Part shown: positions 59,293 through 64,000 of the stretch, in pieces | Numbering within the stretch: position 1 is the stretch's first letter | Layout of the letters: each line of letters opens with the position of its first letter | Assembly (NCBI RefSeq): GCF_964213995.1 | Contig: NC_135808.1 | Span: 91,760,001 to 91,824,000, forward strand | DNA: 64,000 nucleotides | DNA from: Mustelus asterias | Taxonomy: Eukaryota | Reading direction: 5' to 3' | Made by a program: the position numbers and the translations under genes | Notes under the pieces: generated by a model | Seen by the model: only the letters and a program-made list of their open reading frames with translations | Databases searched by the model: none | Told to the model about the DNA's origin: nothing

Positions 59293-59629
59293 ATTGAATT
59301 TCTGGAAATGGAATAACCATATACCATGATCCAATTATCTTGGTATGGAGTCATAATATAAACGTGATACCAAATAATCAAGGTGTACATTAGTAGAGCG
59401 ATCCTGGCTTAAGTTATAAATTTACACAGCTTTCACAGTTTACCTTACAAACTTTTACATATGTCAACCTGCAAAATGAGTAGATGCTGACCAACAACAA
59501 CTTGTATTTAAATAGCTCTATATAACAGAGTAAAATTTCCCAAAGCACTTTACAGGAATGATAATGAAACAACATTTGAAACTGAGCCCCTTAAAAAGGT
59601 AATAGTAGATAACCAAAAGCTTGGTCAAA

Positions 59630-59943
59630 GTTAAGTTTTTTAAGTTTATTAATTAGTCACAAGTAGGCTTACATTAACACTGCAATGAAGTTACTGTGAA
59701 AATCCCCTCGTCGCCACACTCCGGTGCCTGTTCGGGTACATTGAGGGGGAATTTAGCATGGTCAATGCACCTAACCAGCACGTCTTTCAGACTGTGAGAG
59801 GAAACTGGGGCACCCAGAGGAAACCCACGCAGGCACGGGGAAAACATGCAGACTCCACACAGACAGTGACCCAAGCCAGGAATCGAACCCGAGTCCCTGG
59901 CACTGCGAGGCAGCAGTGCTAACCACTGTGCCATCATGTCGCC
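59630..59943 (-). mobile_element. HE1-type SINE, alternative tail
   Basis: Same structure as 25291-25597, inverted. Confidence 0.88.
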
Positions 59944-60112
59944 CAAAGTGGTAGGTTTTATGGATTGTCTTGAAGGAAGAGATAGAAGTAAAGAAGCAAA
60001 TAGGTTTATAGGAGAAATTCCAGTACTTCAGACCTAGGCAGCTGAAAAAAACACATCTCAAAAAGCCATTAGACGTCCTGAATACAGATTTATGAGAGGT
60101 AAGGCACAGTAT

Positions 60113-60440
60113 TCATAGAATCATAGAATCCTACAGTGCAGAAGGAGGCCATTCGGCCCATCGAGTCTGCACCAACCACAATCCTACAAGCCTTATCCCC
60201 ATAACCCCATGCATTTACCCTAGCTAGTCCCCCTGACATTAAGGGGCAATTTAGCATGGCCAATCCACCTCACCCGCACATCTTTGGACTGTGGGAGGAA
60301 ATTGGAGTACCCAGAGGAAACCCACGCAGACACGGGGAGCACGTGCAAACTCCACACAGACAGTGACCCAAGCTGGGAATCGAACCTGGGTCCCTGGCGC
60401 TGTGAGGCAGCAGTGCTAACCACTGTGCCACCCTGCCACC
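60113..60440 (-). mobile_element. HE1 SINE
   Basis: Reverse complement of HE1 with (TTCTATGA)n tail. Confidence 0.9.
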
Positions 60441-63400
60441 CACCTGTTATTGTCATTACCGAAGCACAGTCATGTCCATCACTCTGCCACTCCTATAGCA
60501 AAGTTTTGTGGCAAAATTTGTGGTGATTTCTTCTTTGTTTCTTGCAGAGAGATAGAGGGATATCATAAAGGTGTACAGAAAAGGGCTGTGAGACTGGTGC
60601 TGATAGTTTTAGTGGTTTGAATTATGAGGAAAGACTGGGGTCTCTTTTCATCCTTGAAAGGAGGTTCCTGTGAAGCAATTTTATAGAATTATGTGGGAGA
60701 TTAAACAGAATGCAAAGGTAAAGCAAGCAAAGTGTTTTAAATTAATTCTGAGTAAGGCAATCGGGCCATAGGTTCAATGCAGTAAAAGACAAAATTAGGT
60801 CTGATATAAAGATTTTTTTTCTCCAGAAAGAGTGATCAATTTATAGAAAAAACTCCTATGTTGATGAAGTGGACATTTATATAGACTTTCAAAAGACATT
60901 CAATAAAGTGAAACATACAAGACTGAATCAGAATTGAATTAAATGGATGGTGATAACTTGGCATGTAATTGGCTAAAGGATAGGAGGCAGATGGTTTCAG
61001 TGAACAGAGAAGCATGGTATGCGATCATACCACCGCTTCCCCCCCCCCCCCCCTCCATTTGATAAGCAGTATAATCTAAATTGTACTATTGGAAGGAGAG
61101 TGCAAGGGTCGAGACGCCTGAGGGTACAGATCCTTCTTGAAGGTGACTGGGTAAGTTGGTAAGGTAATTAAGGAGGTGCATGCAATACTTTTCCTTATAA
61201 GTAGGGGCATTGATTTCATAGAATCACAGTGCAGAAGAGGTCATTCGGCCCATCATGTCTGTCCCGACTCTCTGACAGAGTATCTTACTTAGGCCCTCTC
61301 CCCTGCCCTATCCCTGCAACCCCACATATTTCCCATGGCTAATTCATCTAACCTACACATCTTGGGACACTAAGGGGCAACTTAGCATGGCCAATCCACC
61401 TAACCTGCACGTCTTTGGAGTGTGGGAGGAAACCGGAGCAAATGTTATTTAATGTGGCAATGTGTGAAGTGAAACACTTTGGGAGAAACAAAATAGAGAA
61501 GCAATGTAATCTAAATTGTACTATTTGAAGAGGAGTGCAAGAGGGTGAGACCTGAGGATATAAAATCTTAAAGGTGACTGGGTAATTTGTTAAGGTAATT
61601 AAGGAGGTGCATGCAATACTTTTCCTTATAAATAGGGGCACTGATTTCATACAACCCCTGCAGTGCAAAAGAGGCTAATTCATTTAACCTACACATCTTG
61701 GTACACTAAGGGCAATTTACCATGGCCAATCCACCAAACCTGCACATCTGTGGACAGTGGGAGGAAGCCGGAGCACCCAGAGGAAATCCATGCAGAGAGT
61801 GTGTAAACTCCACCACAGTTCCACAATACTTTACCTAAAAAGATGGTGGAAACAAGTTCCACCGGAACTTTCAAAAGGCAATTTACACACACTTGAAGAG
61901 GATTAATTTGTAGAGTTATGGGGAAACGGCTAGGGCGTGGGACTAAAGTAGACAGTTCTTTCAAAGAGCTGACAGAGGCATGACAGAATGGCCATCATCT
62001 GTGTTTTAAGATTCTATGGACTGGATTTTCAAAGGGCTGTGGGAACAGAACCTGATGTGGAAAAATTTTAAAGTTGTAGTGCTGGAGGTTCTTTTGAGAT
62101 TCTGATGCCTCTGGGACAGATTTGAATTTTCAAACCACCAGTGGTGGGGAGAGAATGGACAACCTGCTCACTACCAATTACCAGCTTAATGAGCTTTTAA
62201 GGGACCTGTGTATATGCAATTGCAATTTTGAATCTTTAATTTGATGAACTTGACCAGTCTATCTTATTCTCTGTGGGGCCATCAGAAACTTTCTCTCCAT
62301 TTACTTAAAACTGACTTTTCATGGACTTCCTTGTGCCAGTTCCAGCAGTCTACCATAATCTAACCTGTACAGCTTCTTTCATTGCTAATGGTTTTCTAAT
62401 CATTCTCTTCCATAAAGGCAGTGACAGCCCCCAACATGGCTACTTCTGCTGCCGGTACCGGGCAGTTCCAACTTCCTGGCAGAGCTTGATGACTCGAATT
62501 GGGTATCAATTGAGCACTTTCTTGCCAATTAGGCCATTTGACTTCCAAAATAGTGTTGTGAGAACGACGCAGCTCGGGCGTGGGGTTGGGATGTTTGGTT
62601 TCTGATCCAATATTGAAATTCCAGACCTATAATTCTGTAACACAAAAATCCTGGATATATTTAAGCACCAACTAGATGCTGGAACCAAGGGAGGTCTGAA
62701 CGCACAAAACATGTACAAAGTGACTTTTTTTTCCCATAATTATGTTGCATGATCTTTTTTGTGGCACTCTGTTGTTGTCAGGTTCTTCATTATTTTTACA
62801 GTTGTCACAATGACATGGAGACACTCTTTATTCCCTACTCCCTACTTTACATTAGCATCTGTGTTCACCTTTCATCTCTCCCCACCCTTACTGTCGGCAC
62901 ACTTCACCCCCTCCCTTTGTTCCAGCGGCCATTTGCTTCACACGGCTCATGCTGGCACTATTCTCCCCTCCTCTTTCCCAGTACATCCTTCTTGCAGCTG
63001 CATCTGGGGGAAGGAAGCAACTCTGCTTCTTGCTCAAGAACTGAATTCCTGATTCAGCAAAACAATTTGGAGAATTTCTACCCTCAGCATTCATTTCCAG
63101 AAACAAAGATAGAGCTGGAGTGGTGAGTGGCAGAAGGAGGACGATGAACCCTGATGAGAGAAAGAATCAGGAGAGCAAAGAGGTTCAACGATGGAAGTGG
63201 TGCTGGATTTTCATCTGGGAATGCAAACAATTGGATGTTGTTCTGAATTGCTGATGCCTTTATGAAGCACAGTTGGAATGTATTAATTTATCTTTGGAGT
63301 TAATCCATTTAGAATAGAATTGTTGATGTGCAGTTAAACTGTCCTTTGGCACCCATCCAAAGCAATTCTCGGTGCGCATCAACACAGAAGTGACTGTACA

Positions 63401-64000
63401 GTAGATGAAAGCCCATGGATATGGGACCTCCCCTCTCCCCAAAAACAGGTGATTTTAACCTTGCATAGCACAATCTTAGACTTTTAAAAGGATACTTTTG
63501 GGCAGCGACAAAGTAGAGGACAGCACATTAAATCTCTATTTAATGGGGTAAACAAGTACACCATGGCCAGACTTCCTCATGACAAATGGCAGTAGGAGAA
63601 ATCATGGCCGTGATTTTCCCAAAAGTTTCATGATGGTGAGAACATCGGAGCGATTGGTGTGGTCCGGACCACAATCGTCCCACATTCAATCATATTTTTG
63701 GAGAGTGGTAAATTGCGTGCTGGTTCTGGGGGTGAGGAGATGGGGGCAGGCTGTGGGGGGTCGGGGGGGGTTGCTGAAAGTGATTTGGATGGATACCCTG
63801 ATCTCACAGTGCACTGGGAGAACCTTGAATCCCCCCCGGGATCTTAGAATCCTCCTCATCAGTGCATGTTTTTTCACCCCCTCCCTAACACAGATTGCCA
63901 GCGTCAGGGCACAGGGGCCCTCCCAATGGACCCCCCTTCATGACACCAACATGTCCCCCCTGCTTACTCTACCCTGCATAACCCCCCTCCCCCATCATAG

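Overview
Eukaryotic genomic DNA, almost certainly from a cartilaginous fish (shark): it is dense in HE1-type tRNA-derived SINEs, CR1 LINEs and Penelope-derived repeats. Three host genes are supported, all on the minus strand. (1) The first two coding exons and promoter of MYSM1 (4497-4552, 1922-2000); the gene continues off the left edge. (2) A complete 5-exon, 281-aa gene with an ISY1-like N-terminus, resembling zebrafish si:dkey-86e18.1 (7558-13686). (3) An uninterrupted CARD-ankyrin CDS, caiap (27121-29370). Not visible in the ORF track is a decayed Toll-like receptor pseudogene (LRR, LRR-CT/TM, TIR remnants at ~23240-25031). A possible upstream exon at ~36180-36790 would place caiap inside its intron. 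A young, intact CR1 LINE (15177-20226) carries a ~43-unit 20-bp array as its 5' end and has a canonical U_UUA_AAC -1 slippery heptamer exactly at the ORF1/ORF2 junction. The right half (30-64 kb) looks intergenic: TE fragments, minimal hammerhead motifs in Penelope-type repeats, a Harbinger remnant, a GAGCT/GGGGT minisatellite and a candidate NF-kB enhancer. Gene names and repeat families were recognised by eye from remembered sequences, not by database search. Repeat boundaries are approximate.
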